A stretch of DNA of 64,000 nucleotides from Dicyema japonicum (Eukaryota; Animalia; Dicyemida), in NCBI GenBank assembly GCA_011109175.1, contig RDEW01000002.1, positions 934,676 through 998,675 of the forward strand. Direction: 5' to 3'. The translations under genes were made by a program, and so were the position numbers. Positions 33,960 to 46,939 of the stretch are shown here, piece by piece. The notes under the pieces are model-generated. The model saw nothing but the letters and a program-made list of their open reading frames with translations. It made no database searches and was not told the DNA's origin. The first letter of the stretch is position 1. Each line of letters opens with the position of its first letter.

Positions 33960-34900
33960 ACAAGAATTGCAGGTACTTGTAACGAAATGAGAATTACCTT
34001 TCATGATTCCTGTTCGATCATGTAACATCATGCTAGTGCAATCCCTCTATTCCCGATTAGATCCATTTTCGACTCCCAGACCGCCACCTACCTGTTAAAA
34101 AGATTTTCTGTTATCTAACTAACGAGACGGCCAGTTCCTGTTTGGCATCCAAAAAGGATCTCTACTAAAGTGAACGAGTTTTTATGTATATTTGGAAAAT
34201 ATACGTCCTTACTTCGACTGGGAACTGGATAACCCTCTTTGAGGTATATTCGGAGTTATTAAACATCGCTGCTTTGTTTTATGGGTCTTTTCTACATGTT
34301 AGGACGAATTTGTATTTTATTATTCTATGTCTATCGTTTTAATTACTCGTCTATTACTGACGGTGAACTAAAAGAAACAGCAACATTATGCATTCATCTC
34401 CCATTTTGAGTAAGTCTTAACTGGAAAGAGATTGTTAAGTCAGTGAACACGGATAAGATCGTCTCACTTAGAAAGCACAGTAAAATGAAATCATACTATT
34501 TCTCGTTGATTATAATGATTTGGTATAATGTTATTAATAAGCCTCCAGATACTTAAAGTAGAAAGATGACCAACCATTAATATGATCCCCATATTACAAA
34601 TAGCTTTTTCTTTAGAAAATTGTCCCCTGGTTTGTGTTGTAAAGTCAATGAGTGCTGAGTATTTATATACCAACTGACTTTCGGGACACGTCACACTGAT
34701 TGACTAAGGTTAAACTCAAACTTACTATTAATTGCCCTTTTGCAGGGAGAGCAATGTTTCAACTACTTATATCCCCACGTGGGGGACATATACTTTATTT
34801 AAGAAGGAAAAAGAGTTATGCTAATTAATCATTTTCTTGTGTGATTTTATAAAGTCCTTCGAGAACCAAAGAAGAAAGTCGTCTATCCAGAGCAGTAGGT
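33960..34900 (-). other. Probable unidentified multi-exon gene
   Basis: Regular minus-strand donor/acceptor pairs with short GC-richer exons; the product was not recognised and the frame was not resolved. Confidence 0.3.
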
Positions 34901-35339
34901 GATTTTAAAAAAATAGGCCATATAGCTGTGAGAAATCACTAAGTGTTCTTGGTGTATGAATTGACTATTAATTAATTCACAGGATAATTGGGTTATGGTA
35001 TGGTAATGTGATACCCAACTAGCTTGAGAGACTTTCATCCCATCCATATTTTGTCTCGTCGAACACAAAATATAGTTGGAAGTAGTTGGTTGCACATGTC
35101 GAGTTTATGGAAAAAAGCTATATCCACGAATGACTGAAACGAAACCGTCATGATAGCATCCACATATCCATGTTTGTGAGATTATTATTATTAACCCAAG
35201 AACACCAATTAGATAGGGGGATTTAGACTTTTTGACACTTCAAATAAGCAATGACGGACAGGTAGGTAATTCTAATTTAATTTTTTATGATTTAAAATAT
35301 TATAATTTGTTTTTATCATTTATTTAGTCACGCTGTTTA

Positions 35340-35955
35340 CTACTTACAAAAGACAGCTGTGTCGAACCAAAAATCTTTATGAAGAACGAGGCAATTCCAA
35401 TTAACATAACACTGAAGATTCTGGGAGTTACCTTTGATCAGAGACTCACCTTTATCCGACATGTTGAGAACATAGTAACTTATGCTCTGAAGAAAATGAG
35501 AATTTTAAAAGTGCTCTCATAACACTTAGAGACCAAACTGGTGGCCTTGCCACGATTTATGAACAATTTATCCGACCAACGATGACGTTTGCAAGTCCTT
35601 CGTGGGCAATGCAGATTTCACGATCCTCCTCATTGAAACTATCCGCAATAGAGGAGACCGCAAAAGGTTAATTGGACCAGAACACAAAATCCAGCCCATT
35701 GAAAATCTCTTAATCGAATTACAACGGAAACTCTTAAAGGAGGCTAGTTTACCGAGCTGCCCTCTATTCCATGCACTATCGAAATATCTACAATCATACA
35801 GGAATTTTGAGCCGATGGCATGTCCAATGAGAAGAGCTGGCCAGGATTCTCGACCCCACCGGACTCGTTCTCTCTTGTCAGACTGGGATCACTTAGTTGA
35901 AACTTTTTATTTCTTTTGACCCAGTGATCCTGGATGTAATAATAATAATAATAAT
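35340..35955 (+). mobile_element. LINE 3' fragment, family B (inverted copy at ~53530-54150)
   Basis: KILGVTFD.RLTF..HVENI, FIRP..TFASPSW; tail GACTGGGATCACTTAGTT...(AAT)n. Confidence 0.8.
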
Positions 35956-35989
35956 TTAAATTTCAAATATTTAAATTCTGTTTGTAGTG

Positions 35990-36578
35990 ATGAAATCTGT
36001 GCATGATCATAAATTTGACAATGAGGATATATCAATATCCCAATTAGCAGTAAACAAGATGCTAAAAGAACACCTTCCTGACGTTAAAATGTCAGTTCAG
36101 TGTAAGTCCCTCCTTCGCGATTGCTGTGCTACTTTCGTCCATAATGTGGCATCCGAGGCCTCCAAAATCTGCGACAATCTCAAACGGAAGACAATCAACG
36201 AGGATATTCTGTTAAAGGGTAACTTAACTCAAACATTACAGCTGTCACTAGTCTGGGCTTCCCTGAATTCGCGGAAAATGCCAGGAGTAACTGTAATGCA
36301 AACGACATCTTTGAATCTAAGAAGATTAGGAAGAAGAACCGAAACCGCACTGATCTCTCCACTGAGGAATTATTGAAGTTACAGAATGAGCTGTTCGATC
36401 AGGTTTGATTGGTGATAACTGTGATCAGGCACGACGGGAACAGTTTGTCTCAGAAGTACCAATTCAGCTGTCTGAAATGATTGTCGAACAGGAGGCTGAG
36501 ATGCGGAGAAATCCTGCCCAATTTTTTATTGAACCAAAATCTCACAATAATAGAGACATTGATAATGACTATGATTAA
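35990..36578 (+). CDS. DR1: NC2-beta / Dr1 histone-fold repressor
   Basis: ISISQLAVNKMLKEHLP, CCATFVHNVASEASKIC..LKRKTIN, STEELLKLQNELFDQARREQ; two short GT-AG introns. Confidence 0.92.
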
Positions 36579-37493
36579 TTGTTTTTATTTGAGTTTACTA
36601 TTAGTAATATTGTAGTAAGTCATGTGCTAATCACGCCCCCATAAGGGGATGGAAGGCTGTTGTTCTTGGTTAGGTGTGGGTTCAATTCCCACGCAACTAT
36701 CTCCCGGTTGAAGGATTGTGGTCTGTTCTCTGCCTTTTGAATTCGTAGGAGGCGTCATGGATCAACCTGATTAGGAGACGTTCAGTGTCTGGCTGACATC
36801 AAAATGTAATTAGTAACTACCTCACATGTCCTCAACAAGGTGAGGTACTTTCCAAGTGCATGACGGGGTCAAATCCATATTATTTTAAATTTTACTTTTT
36901 TTAGTTCAGACGTATACCTGTTGTCATCTGAGTCCATTATTTTTACCCATGTTAAGGGGATGATAGGTTGCATCCACCATAAGAAAATGTAGACATTGTG
37001 ATAGAGGTAAGCCACCACCTTAAATTGAATTATTGCGAAGGCACATCAAATAGCCTTGAACTTCCGAAGATATGGAAGGCGTTAGAAACTTGTCTATTAG
37101 TGTTAGGGAACGAATGTTGAAAACAGGGGTTTTGATGCTATTAGTAGAAGCTCGTCCTGGATCATTTTCACTCCAATGCGGGTGAGTAATATGAGTTTTA
37201 GACACCCTGAAATTGTTTTTATGGTGGAGTAAAAAATCCGTTGTATTTTTAGGAGGTAGGTTATTTATATAGACACCCCAAGCACTGCATTCAACGTTGT
37301 TCTAATAATCAGTCTACACCATCCCCCTCCTCTAATAGATCAATTCGAGAAACCCGTTTATGATGTTCCCAGCCCTCTCTTCCGATATAGGTATACTGGA
37401 TGATGTAAAAGATGTCCTCTGTTCCTTTTACAACCTCTCCTAGTTGACAGCAAATCATCTTTCTGAATGTCCTTAACTATACCATTTCAGGTT

Positions 37494-37705
37494 TAAAGTG
37501 GGTCTTACCAAAAGCAAAGTGGGTCTTACCAAAAGCAAAGTGGTACTTACCAAAAGCAAAGTGGTACTTACCAAAAGCAAAGTGGTACTTACCAAAAGCA
37601 AAGTGGAACTTACCAAAAGCAAAGTGGAACTTACCAAAAGCAAAGTGGAACTTACCAAAAGCAAAGTGGAACTTACCAAAAGCAAAGTGGAACAAAAATT
37701 ATTTA
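37494..37705. repeat. Left TIR array: 9 full + 1 partial 21-bp units
   Basis: AAAGTGG(GT/TA/AA)CTTACCAAAAGC repeated. Confidence 0.95.
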
Positions 37706-38788
37706 ATAAACCATGTCATCATTATTTAACACCGATGGGGCCAACCTCTGAATTCTAGCAATTACGGTGTTGCATAAAGATGGAGTGATTATACATAATG
37801 AATTAATCATACTTTCTTCTAACTTTTGAAGTCGAAACTCCGTAGTTGACAAAGCTTCTTGTCTCACACCATTCAAAATATTTTTCATATCTGTAGCAAT
37901 GTGTCTTTTTACATCAGCTTTGAAAACTGACCAAATATTCTCAATTGGGTTGAGCATAGGGCTATAGGGACCCAATCTTAAAATTTTATTTCCGATGAAT
38001 TCATTATCTCTGACAATTTCTTCAATTCCTGAATGGCATGGAGCATTGTCTACTACTAGCACTACTGGAAAATTGTAAACTTCCCTGGCTTTTCGTAGAC
38101 AAATTCTCACCCATTCATGGGCGGATTCTTTATTAAAGGATCCACGTTTGAATTCATAATGCAACAATCCAAGGGACCCGATGCAACCAATGAAATGTAC
38201 ATTGGCACCTCGCGAACTTGTTGCAACGACATTAGCCCTTGTTCCTTTTTTTGATCGACCCTTTTTACGGGATATGTGCATGTTTATATTTGTTTCATCC
38301 ATAAATAATATTGGAATTTCCTCCGATTGATATTCCAATAATGAAGTTATAAATTTTTTTCTTTTTTCTTTATTTAATTCACTATTGCCTTTCTCTGGTT
38401 CATACCTGATATCTTTCAAAGAATAACAGGCACCGTCCAAGTGGACTCGAATGGTTTCTTTTGAAACATTTAAGCTGAAATTAGAATTTAAAAGAATTCT
38501 CAAGGTCTCAAGAGTAATCCTAGGGTTAATTTCGAGCTGTTCAACACAATAATCTTTATGTTTATCAAGAAATTTTTTTGCTTTTGATCCCCCTCGCTGA
38601 TCAGGTTTGTTTTTGTTTTTCAACCAACGATAAGTAGTAGTTTTCGGAACATCGAGAGATTTTGCAAGTTCCCTCCAGTCACCATCTCCCTCATAAGCCC
38701 CGATAATAAGATTTTTCTTAATTTCAGCTTCAGACTTTTTTATTTGAGCAGGCATATGAATAAAAAAATGAAATATTTGCGCAGACAT
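37703..38788 (-). CDS. Intact DDE transposase, 361 aa (HTH + DD35E)
   Basis: FMDETN, VVDNAPCH, PYSPMLNPIE (35 residues between D and E); N-terminal HTH. Confidence 0.95.
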   Translation of the reverse strand: MSAQIFHFFIHMPAQIKKSEAEIKKNLIIGAYEGDGDWRELAKSLDVPKTTTYRWLKNKNKPDQRGGSKAKKFLDKHKDYCVEQLEINPRITLETLRILLNSNFSLNVSKETIRVHLDGACYSLKDIRYEPEKGNSELNKEKRKKFITSLLEYQSEEIPILFMDETNINMHISRKKGRSKKGTRANVVATSSRGANVHFIGCIGSLGLLHYEFKRGSFNKESAHEWVRICLRKAREVYNFPVVLVVDNAPCHSGIEEIVRDNEFIGNKILRLGPYSPMLNPIENIWSVFKADVKRHIATDMKNILNGVRQEALSTTEFRLQKLEESMINSLCIITPSLCNTVIARIQRLAPSVLNNDDMVY

Positions 38789-38813
38789 GCAAATATATAG
38801 GTTTTTGCTTAGT

Positions 38814-39045
38814 CACTTTTGCAATTGATCTCGACACTTTTGCATGTTGCTTTGTCACTTTTGCAAATGATCTCGTCACTTTTGCAATTGATCTCGACAC
38901 TTTTGCATGTTGCTTTGTCACTTTTGCAAATGATCTCGTCACTTTTGCAATTGATCTCGACACTTTTGCAAATGATCTCGTCACTTTTGCGATTGATCTC
39001 GACACTTTTGCAATTGATCTCGAAACTTTTGCAATTGAAATTAAT
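38814..39045. repeat. Subterminal array of 11 x 21-bp units with higher-order structure
   Basis: CACTTTTGC plus a 12-nt variable part, in the order A B C A B C A C A' A A(partial). Confidence 0.95.
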
Positions 39046-39064
39046 CTTCATCCTATAACAAAAA

Positions 39065-39211
39065 AATAATTTTTGTTCCACTTTGCTTTTGGTAAGTTCC
39101 ACTTTGCTTTTGGTAAGTACCACTTTGCTTTTGGTAAGTACCACTTTGCTTTTGGTAAGTCCCACTTTGCTTTTGGTAAGACCCACTTTGCTTTTGGTAA
39201 GACCCACTTTA
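39065..39211. repeat. Right TIR array: 6 full + 1 partial 21-bp units
   Basis: Reverse complement of the left array. Confidence 0.95.
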
Positions 39212-39549
39212 AACCTGAAATGGTATAGTACTCTGTTTGTCTGCAATGCTGAAGTTGGCCTATCTATGGAGTGACCGGAATTTCCTGAGACCTACTGCAA
39301 GTTAGTGAGGCCAGGGTTTTTTAACGAACTAATAGTCTGTAGATTGTGGTTAGTTCGTTTTTGACTGGGAAGGGAGTATTATATAGAAACAAAGTGGTTC
39401 TTGATTGAACTGACGATAGGCGGTTGCGGAGAGGATTAAGGCTGATATAATTGGAAGGAGCTGAGGAGGATAATCACAATGCAGGGGAAAACATGATGCT
39501 TTTGATGTTCGAATAATTTGGAGAGAACCGAGTTTTGGAGAACCCCGTT

Positions 39550-41250
39550 AGAAAAATATTTTGAAAATGACAGGTCTTGAGATGCGAGCGTTTGGCGCAA
39601 TGCAATAAATATTGGACCAAATCCAGATGATTCTGAGTTCAAATATCGCGACTGTCCATTTCGGTTTAGGGTTCCGCTCATCTACGATTCTTCTGTTAGT
39701 GACGAGTGATGCCGTCAAAAATGATTATCACTGCGGAACCGGATTTCTCAGACATTCACACGCAAGCAAAAAAGAAAAGAAGTTAAAAACACCTGAGTGT
39801 CTTGACCTTTGATTAATTAGCATAATTTTTCTTTACGTTTAAAGTGTGAGTTCTGTCTAAGCTGAGATGAGTAAAGAAAACATAATATACCATTTCACAT
39901 TCAAAATGATAATGCAGATTTAAAAAAATCTTTAATTTTAAAAATAAGTTTTTACTACTTATAGATATTATTTACGCCTGAGGTTAGCTCACAAAAATAA
40001 CAAAATAGAGGAGAGATTAATTCTATAATTATTGAGTGTTCAAATTAGATGGTGATTGGAGCACTTGCAGCAAATCTTTCAATCCAATACCATTTGATTA
40101 GCAAAAGAAACCAGCCAGTCATAAGGGGTTGCGCTAACAAAACAAAAATCAGTGGGGAACATAAAAAGTTTATTCAAAACCTCTTTGATTCTAATTCCAG
40201 AATAAAAATAATAACTTCTTACAAACATTCAAATTTTTTTGTTCCGTTCAATTTTTCTCATTTTGAACTTTAAGGACTGTATTACGGCCTTGAAAGAGCA
40301 GAAAGAACTAAAGAAAAGTCTTGAGTATACACTCGGTTTCGTTTCAATTAAAGTCTTATCTCCACGCTTGTAGTTAATGGAGTTTTTCGGGTTCTTCACC
40401 TTCATGGATGTTGGCTGATAGTTATCAAAATCGTATTGCAGTCTGACTGGAGATTATTAATAACGTCCCTTTATGTGTCAAGAGACAGGTAGGGAAACTA
40501 AGAAGAGATATCTTGGGAGGTGTCAGAATCTCAAGGTCCAGTTAGTTCGGGATTACCAAATCATTAAAATCGTGCAGTGTTTAGAGTTTTTTGGTTCTGT
40601 AACTGAGATGTACCCATCTTCTGCAACCGTGGACACTGGGTACATATCAGTTTATAGATATTATCTTGACTGACTACACTCATTCATATGATTTATAAAA
40701 CCGCGATAACGCTGTCCAATATTTCCAAAGATTAGATTTTTGAGCCTGTGGTGTTAATGTCCTCACTTGGAATCCAATATTGTTCCAAATTACCTACGAT
40801 TTTGTTAATTGCTTTGTTCATTTTTCTGTTGTCTCAATTAAGGCCAAGATCCTGAAGACAATCAACACGAATGTGGACCGTTCATTTTTGAACCAGTCGC
40901 CGTCGAAACATCAGGAGTTATTGAAAGCAGATCACTGACCCTGATGAACCCCATTGAATCACTCATCGCATAGAAGAAAAAGGATAAGAACTTATAGTTT
41001 CCCCACCATCCTTGAGTGGTCCGGAGTGGTCCGCTAGGAATCGACTCCATCATGGGGCGTCTTTCTTCAAAAATGATAGTGATTCCTCTTCATATATAAC
41101 TTTTTCTCAAAGTGAGTTTCCTGGTTCTTTACAGAATCGCAGGAAACATCAGCCATTTCTTCCGGTAGACTCCATCTTGGAGGAAGATAACGGAATCCTG
41201 AATGGGGGACAAAATACGCATGTTAATTATGAAATACATTCTATTTAATA
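39550..41250 (+). other. Probable unidentified multi-exon gene(s)
   Basis: Coding-like segments separated by short GT-AG stretches, ending in ORF 41012-41248; product not recognised. Confidence 0.25.
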
Positions 41251-41663
41251 TTTAATTTATTATAATATTTAATATATTTTTGTTAATATATTAAAATATG
41301 AAAAATAAACTATAATTACATTACTGCGGTTTTCTAATTAGATCTACTAACTGAGAAATGTGTAATAATCATACAATATGTGTAAACTGTATATCATTGC
41401 TCTTACATTTACAGCAAGATGCGTCAAAAAATTATATTCAGTATACAAGGGATCCCAGGTCATTGAGAAACACCGTCCTGTCAAAACTGAAGGTTTACAA
41501 TTATAATGCTGTTAATGATACTTTGCGGTTATTCGATCCCCCTTTGCGGTTTCTAAATGTCTCCGTAATGTGAATGAGACAGCTATACTGCCATTTATGC
41601 GGATAATGTTAATAAAACGCTATTATCGAGTTATTCCGTCATTGGGGTGTGCTATCATTACTA

Positions 41664-43047
41664 GGAGGTATCGACAAACTAATCATGGTGGAAATTCGAA
41701 AACTCAAATACAGAGATGCTGCCAGAGTTCGTCGTGGGGATGAATCGAGTTATCACAAAGAACTTTCAAGGATTTTACCGATCCCCAAATTTGTGAAATT
41801 CAACTCCAGCAAGATCACAAATCTACGGATCGTCATTGCCTACATAAAATTCCTAAATTTCGTTTCGGGTTGAAAGTGTATTTCCTAATAAAGTGCTCAA
41901 TCCAACCAAAACCCCACTAAAACGGATCGAACTTGATTTTCTCAACAAATTTGGCTTATTCTTCCTCATTTTAAATAAAAAGGGGGAGGTTATCTGTGTC
42001 TTTGGTGATTTCTTGTCGAAAATTTCATCCTGCAACGTTTGATATTGAATTTTATTCAGTTTGATGTATTGGGGAACCCAATCTACGACATAATACACCC
42101 AAATGACCACAAGATCGTGGACTTTAACATCTCCAAGAACTCAGAGTTCATAGTCAGAGTACGAAGCGACACATTCTCAAAGGGGAGACTATCGCCTATC
42201 AGGCATTCTTCATATAAAGTCACTGTTTATACCCAACTAGGCGATGAAACTCACAATGAGGCAAATTTCCGTGAAAGTACCGGAGAACACGAATGAAAAA
42301 AACTCCTATGCTTGTGCTATGCTGGAATCTTTTTCTTTCCTAAAACCCGACTCCTCGTCTGTTAGCCTCGAGTCAAATTTCTACTCCACACACTCACTCG
42401 ATATGAACTTCCTGAATGTATCGTCGCAGTAATTGATCTATGTTAGCGTAGGTTTGCTGAAAGTCTCTGTTTTGATCAGGACTACCTCGTCGGGAAGAAC
42501 TTTTACCATTTTGTGTACCCGTCGGATTCTCAGTACATTTCGAGGATCTTCAAAGAATGTTTGTGTTTGATTTCATGGGCAGTTTTAAACAAGGGCTCTT
42601 TTGAGACTCTTCCCTACAGGATTGTGACCGGCAATCTCGGCTATGTTTGGGTTGTCACGGAATTATGCTGCTTTACGGACGACAGCAACTTCTCAAATCA
42701 TTTTATTTTGTGCATCCACCACTTCATTAAGTAATGCTTTGTACGACTTTCAGTTTCGTCCACAATCCATGTGGATTTCTGTATAAAACCTCAGTAAGGC
42801 GGGATTTTAGCGATCAAAAGGTCATCTTCAGTATTTACGTTTAGAACGAATTCATCAAAAAGTGTCTCCAAACCACTTCAAGTGATCCATTCGGAGGTTA
42901 CCCGTTTCTTCAAGCCTAGTTAATAAAGGAAATGAATCTACCAAATATTTTAGTGGAATTGAATTTGACACCCCTTACGACATTTACCACGGCGATAGTT
43001 TATTTTATTACTCGATAGCGAATAATAAGTTTTATTTTTTTTCTTAA
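41664..43047 (+). CDS. Class I bHLH-PAS factor, HIF-alpha-like (bHLH, PAS-A, PAS-B/PAC, very short tail); start may lie in an upstream exon
   Basis: KYRDAARVRRGDES...ELSRILPIP...LRIVIAYIK; IYDIIHPNDH; FYSTHSLDMNF; YRIVTGNLGYVWVVT...ILCIHHFI. Confidence 0.85.
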
Positions 43048-45319
43048 GTCTAACAGAATAGCACATTTTGGTTAGTCAGTGACAGGGTAGCATGGTGGTT
43101 GGTGTAGCTGTGGGTTCTATCCCCACACCACTACCTCTTGGTCGAGGGATTCCTTTCAACTTTTATACATTGGATCTATCACCATCTTAATCAGATGGAA
43201 TAAGAGATGGGACTTGACTCATCGTAATCAGGAGACCATCCGACCCAAAGAGCTTGTGTAGGATCAAGGATGGAGCATCGGAATCACTTAGTTTGCTTCT
43301 CGGATCCAGGTCATGCTTCTAAGAGGATCAGAAGAGAAGGAAGTACCGAGTATTTCGGATCATTTGTTTGCCTCTTTTGCTGTTGAGACATAAAAATCCT
43401 TGGCTTACAAGCGGAAGATCTAGTCCGTGATTCAGAGGGTCACCAAGGATCTAAGTAAGACTTGATATCTTCGAGAGCGTAATTCATGTCAAAGTTAAGC
43501 ATAGTGCTCACAAGTGAATTTTCATTGATCCATGAGTAAATATAGTGCTTCTCGTACTAACCTGGAATGGTAGTTCAATAAACACCATCACAACACACTC
43601 AAAATGATATTACACATGAATATATTAAGATCATCGTGATTAAGAAGATTCTTGAGAGAATGAGGGTAGAAAATAAATATGGTTGGTCGTAGCATAACTC
43701 ATGGGGAACTGATCTCGATATTGGGACAATCGACGAGTGACATGATATTGGGGAGTGTTATATACTAGAGAGTCTGAGAAAGGAATTGAGGAAAACTCAA
43801 TCCAGAACAGTCTAAACAATTTACTACCAAGTCTGAAACTGTGGGTGACGAATTGATTGAGACGGACTCTTAATTCGTTTTAATTTTGTGAAATTAATTT
43901 GTCAAATTAACCATAATGCTAATTATATAACCTCAGACATTACTTAAAATAACAATCTCATTATTAACTCTCAAGTTCTTTCTCAAAGCGATTTCCTGCC
44001 CAAAATCGTGTTCTTGTCCCACGTAGAAATCTTTGATGAAATGAAAATTCCAAAGATCACCAGTAACATCAAGCCAATTATTCACGTGATTCTGGCACAC
44101 TTCAGCAGAAATATCTTCATGGCCTGATCCTCATCCCTCGCCCTCCCAAGCACGTATCTGGGATAGACCAGACATATCCATTGTTAGTTGAACGAACACA
44201 CTCATTTCTAGGATTAGGGGTTCCAGAGGCGTTGGAGAGAGTAATGCCCTTTATTGACTGAATTCGATCTTGATGACCTTGTCCTAGAAACAAATGGGAA
44301 CAACAAGGTAAGAGATGATGCATGGCTTAATTATGCTAACTAATCGATATTCAAGTATAATAAAAATTTAACATTTTAGTTTTTATTATAAAAAATCAAT
44401 AATTATGATAACTTTATTTGGCTCACTAATATAGCATTTTTATTCCACACAACACTGCACCAGGAGGCCGACTGCCACCAAACGTCCAACTGAGAGTGCT
44501 TGAGAATCGCACAAGTCCCTTAGATTCATTAGTAGTCCTGGTCAGGGAAAGACTTGATGATTTTCGGTGGTGGTCACCTCATCGTGACAAAATTGGATGC
44601 TATTTTTTCATTGCAATAAAAGAATTCTTATCTCCTTTCCACGAAAACCTTCCTCTCAGGAAATCCCTCTGGCTGCTATCGACCTGTCGTTAAAACAGCT
44701 CCTGCAAGTCTCTATCCGGAGAGGTGTAAAACTGATCTTGTGGTAAAAATTAAAATTATTCCAAAGACCAAGGGTAACCAAACTAACTAGATCCTTGATC
44801 CTGACTCGTTCCAGCGTTCCAGAACTTGTCTCCAGGTAACGACATTGTCCCCCGGTGGTGATTTGAAATATAACAGAAAATAAATATTTTTAAAAGATTA
44901 ACCTTTAATCTAAATATTATAATTCTATAGATATTTTAATTCTATTTTGAAATTTTCGTTTTTTTCCTTTTCGGTGTTGTGGTGCTACTTGACTGAAGAT
45001 TTCCCTACTTTCCTACTGGTGGCGTCATCTAATCCACCTTATTCATAAGACGCCAAATGCCTGGCCGGGATTAAATGGAACTTTTTTAAACATAAAGTTA
45101 AAATTGAAAAGATTACATGGCGGAATTTTGTAATTTTTAGTAAAATTCTCGGTGTTGAGCCCTACCTGACTTCCTCCTGTCACATTTTTAACAACAATAA
45201 ATAAATGAATTAAAAAATTTAAAAATAAATTCCAAAATAATAATGTAAAAATATGTAAATTCAAGAAATTATCATTAAAATTAAAAAAATATGACTATTA
45301 GACAAAATATTTTTAAAAG

Positions 45320-46330
45320 TTTAATAAAATCTTCTCTAATCCTAGGGATGACAGTAAATCCCCGTTAATCCCCAAGTCATCAATATTAATGCAACAATCC
45401 ACCGAATATTTGTGTCGTGAACAGAAACAATTTCGACAAAATCTGTGCTTACAAAAATGGCAGTTGACCATCCTTCCTCCGACAGTAACAGAGTTTTTCC
45501 TTAGGCACAGAGGGCACTTAACATCAACGACCTAACAAAACGTGAACATTGAGAATGTAAAATTTGATTAAAATAATAAAATCAGCAAATACAGGATTTT
45601 TATATTCTTTACTCCGATTCTTTGCTTTCAGCAGCTTTCTGCTTCTTCTGGGGACATTTGTGGATGGAACATTCTCCTAACAGTGAGCAATGCATTTTAC
45701 TTTATTACTCTCGTCGTAATGGAGGCAACTATTATTCCCGACAAACTTCATGCTCTCACAAATATGTTATTTTTACTACGCAAAAAACAGATTTTATAAA
45801 TGTGCTTAGAACGTAATCCAAATTAAACCGCTAATCAATAATATTGAACGGAGATCCCGGTGAACGGAGGTGGCTCTCCACAACTTGGAATCGTCATCAT
45901 CCACGCGGAAGTGCTCACTGATGTCTTGAATACTGGTTGACCTTGTATTTGCACGTGCAGGCCTTCGACTTTATTAGGTGAAACCTAAGAAAATCGCTTA
46001 TGTGAAGTCTCTGATATTTTTATGGCCATTTTATGGCTTTTTTTATTTTTGAAGTAAATTGTATTTTTGTAAAAATGATAAAGTGGACTATTTTTGTAGT
46101 GTCACTTTTATTACAGGTTGTTGATGTTTTATTGATTCGGCAAACCTTTGGTGACATTATTGAAGTAATCATCTCTCAGATGGACACGTTTGACTGTTGA
46201 ATAGCGATTATTTCTTCTACGGCGTTTCATGGGGGATAAATTCTCTCGTCTTCATCTGCCCGTGGACGAAATGACAAACCAAGGAGACATCGAAAAATCG
46301 ATGTTTTGAACTAGAAAAGTGTCAGATACA
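45320..46330 (-). CDS. Probable gene with a C-terminal IBR/ZBR-type Cys/His domain
   Basis: Exon ~45350-45535 encodes KCPLC...VNCHFCKHRFCRNCFCSRHKYSVDC; upstream exons are poorly resolved. Confidence 0.5.
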
Positions 46331-46939
46331 GCAATGCTCAATTTTTGAATCGAATCCGACTCAAACATTGTTGTACAATAACATTCAACACACATGAATG
46401 TTGTTATAAGTCAGTGTATTATACACGCTTTCACGAGAGTTATCTATAAAATACTAAATTCGAGTTTCTGTCTATGGATCTGTGGATTCGCAATCGATTT
46501 TTTGACGTAAGACAATTGTGGCTCAAAATTTGGTAAAAAATGATTCTTATGATAATAAGGCAGGATAAGTGAGCACGAGGCAGATCCCTGGGTTAAAAAA
46601 ATGTCGAAATTTTAATTTGCATATCAATGTTAAAATGAGACTCGGTGGGTCAATTCGGCGGTGGGGACCATGTGGGCAGGTCCCCAAATTAGAAGGTTCC
46701 CGAGTTCGTCTATCACACTTCGCTTTAACCGCCAAATTTTATGACTGAGAAAAATTCGTGTTAAATATTAATTTTTAAAATGAAATTATGAATTTATTCA
46801 TTTTAGTTAATTTTTCTTTCCTAGCACTGATTATTATTTACTAAAAATTAACTTTTCTCAATCAATAGCGTCACTTTTAATCATCAACAAAGATAAATAT
46901 ATTTTTTGGATAAAAGTAAATCTTAATTCACAATGAGGT

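Larger units (their letters stand above)
37480..39225 (-). mobile_element. Complete IS630/Tc1-superfamily DD35E transposon (1746 bp) with tandem-repeat TIRs
   Basis: TA TSD at 37478-79 and 39226-27; TIRs begin TACCATTTCAGGTTTAAAGTGG; an empty-site homologue of the host repeat lies at ~57130-57150. Confidence 0.95.

Noticed and set aside
38814-39045. Mini-CRISPR or guide array, or Fanzor/TnpB cargo in the IS630-like element
   Set aside because: Only 3-4 recurring variable segments; the element encodes only the DDE transposase, with no RuvC/TnpB ORF and no room for one.
37473-39274. Repetitive ORFs (LTKSKV, FHFAFGK, CKSDE, etc.)
   Set aside because: They are automatic read-through of stop-free 21-bp arrays in several frames.
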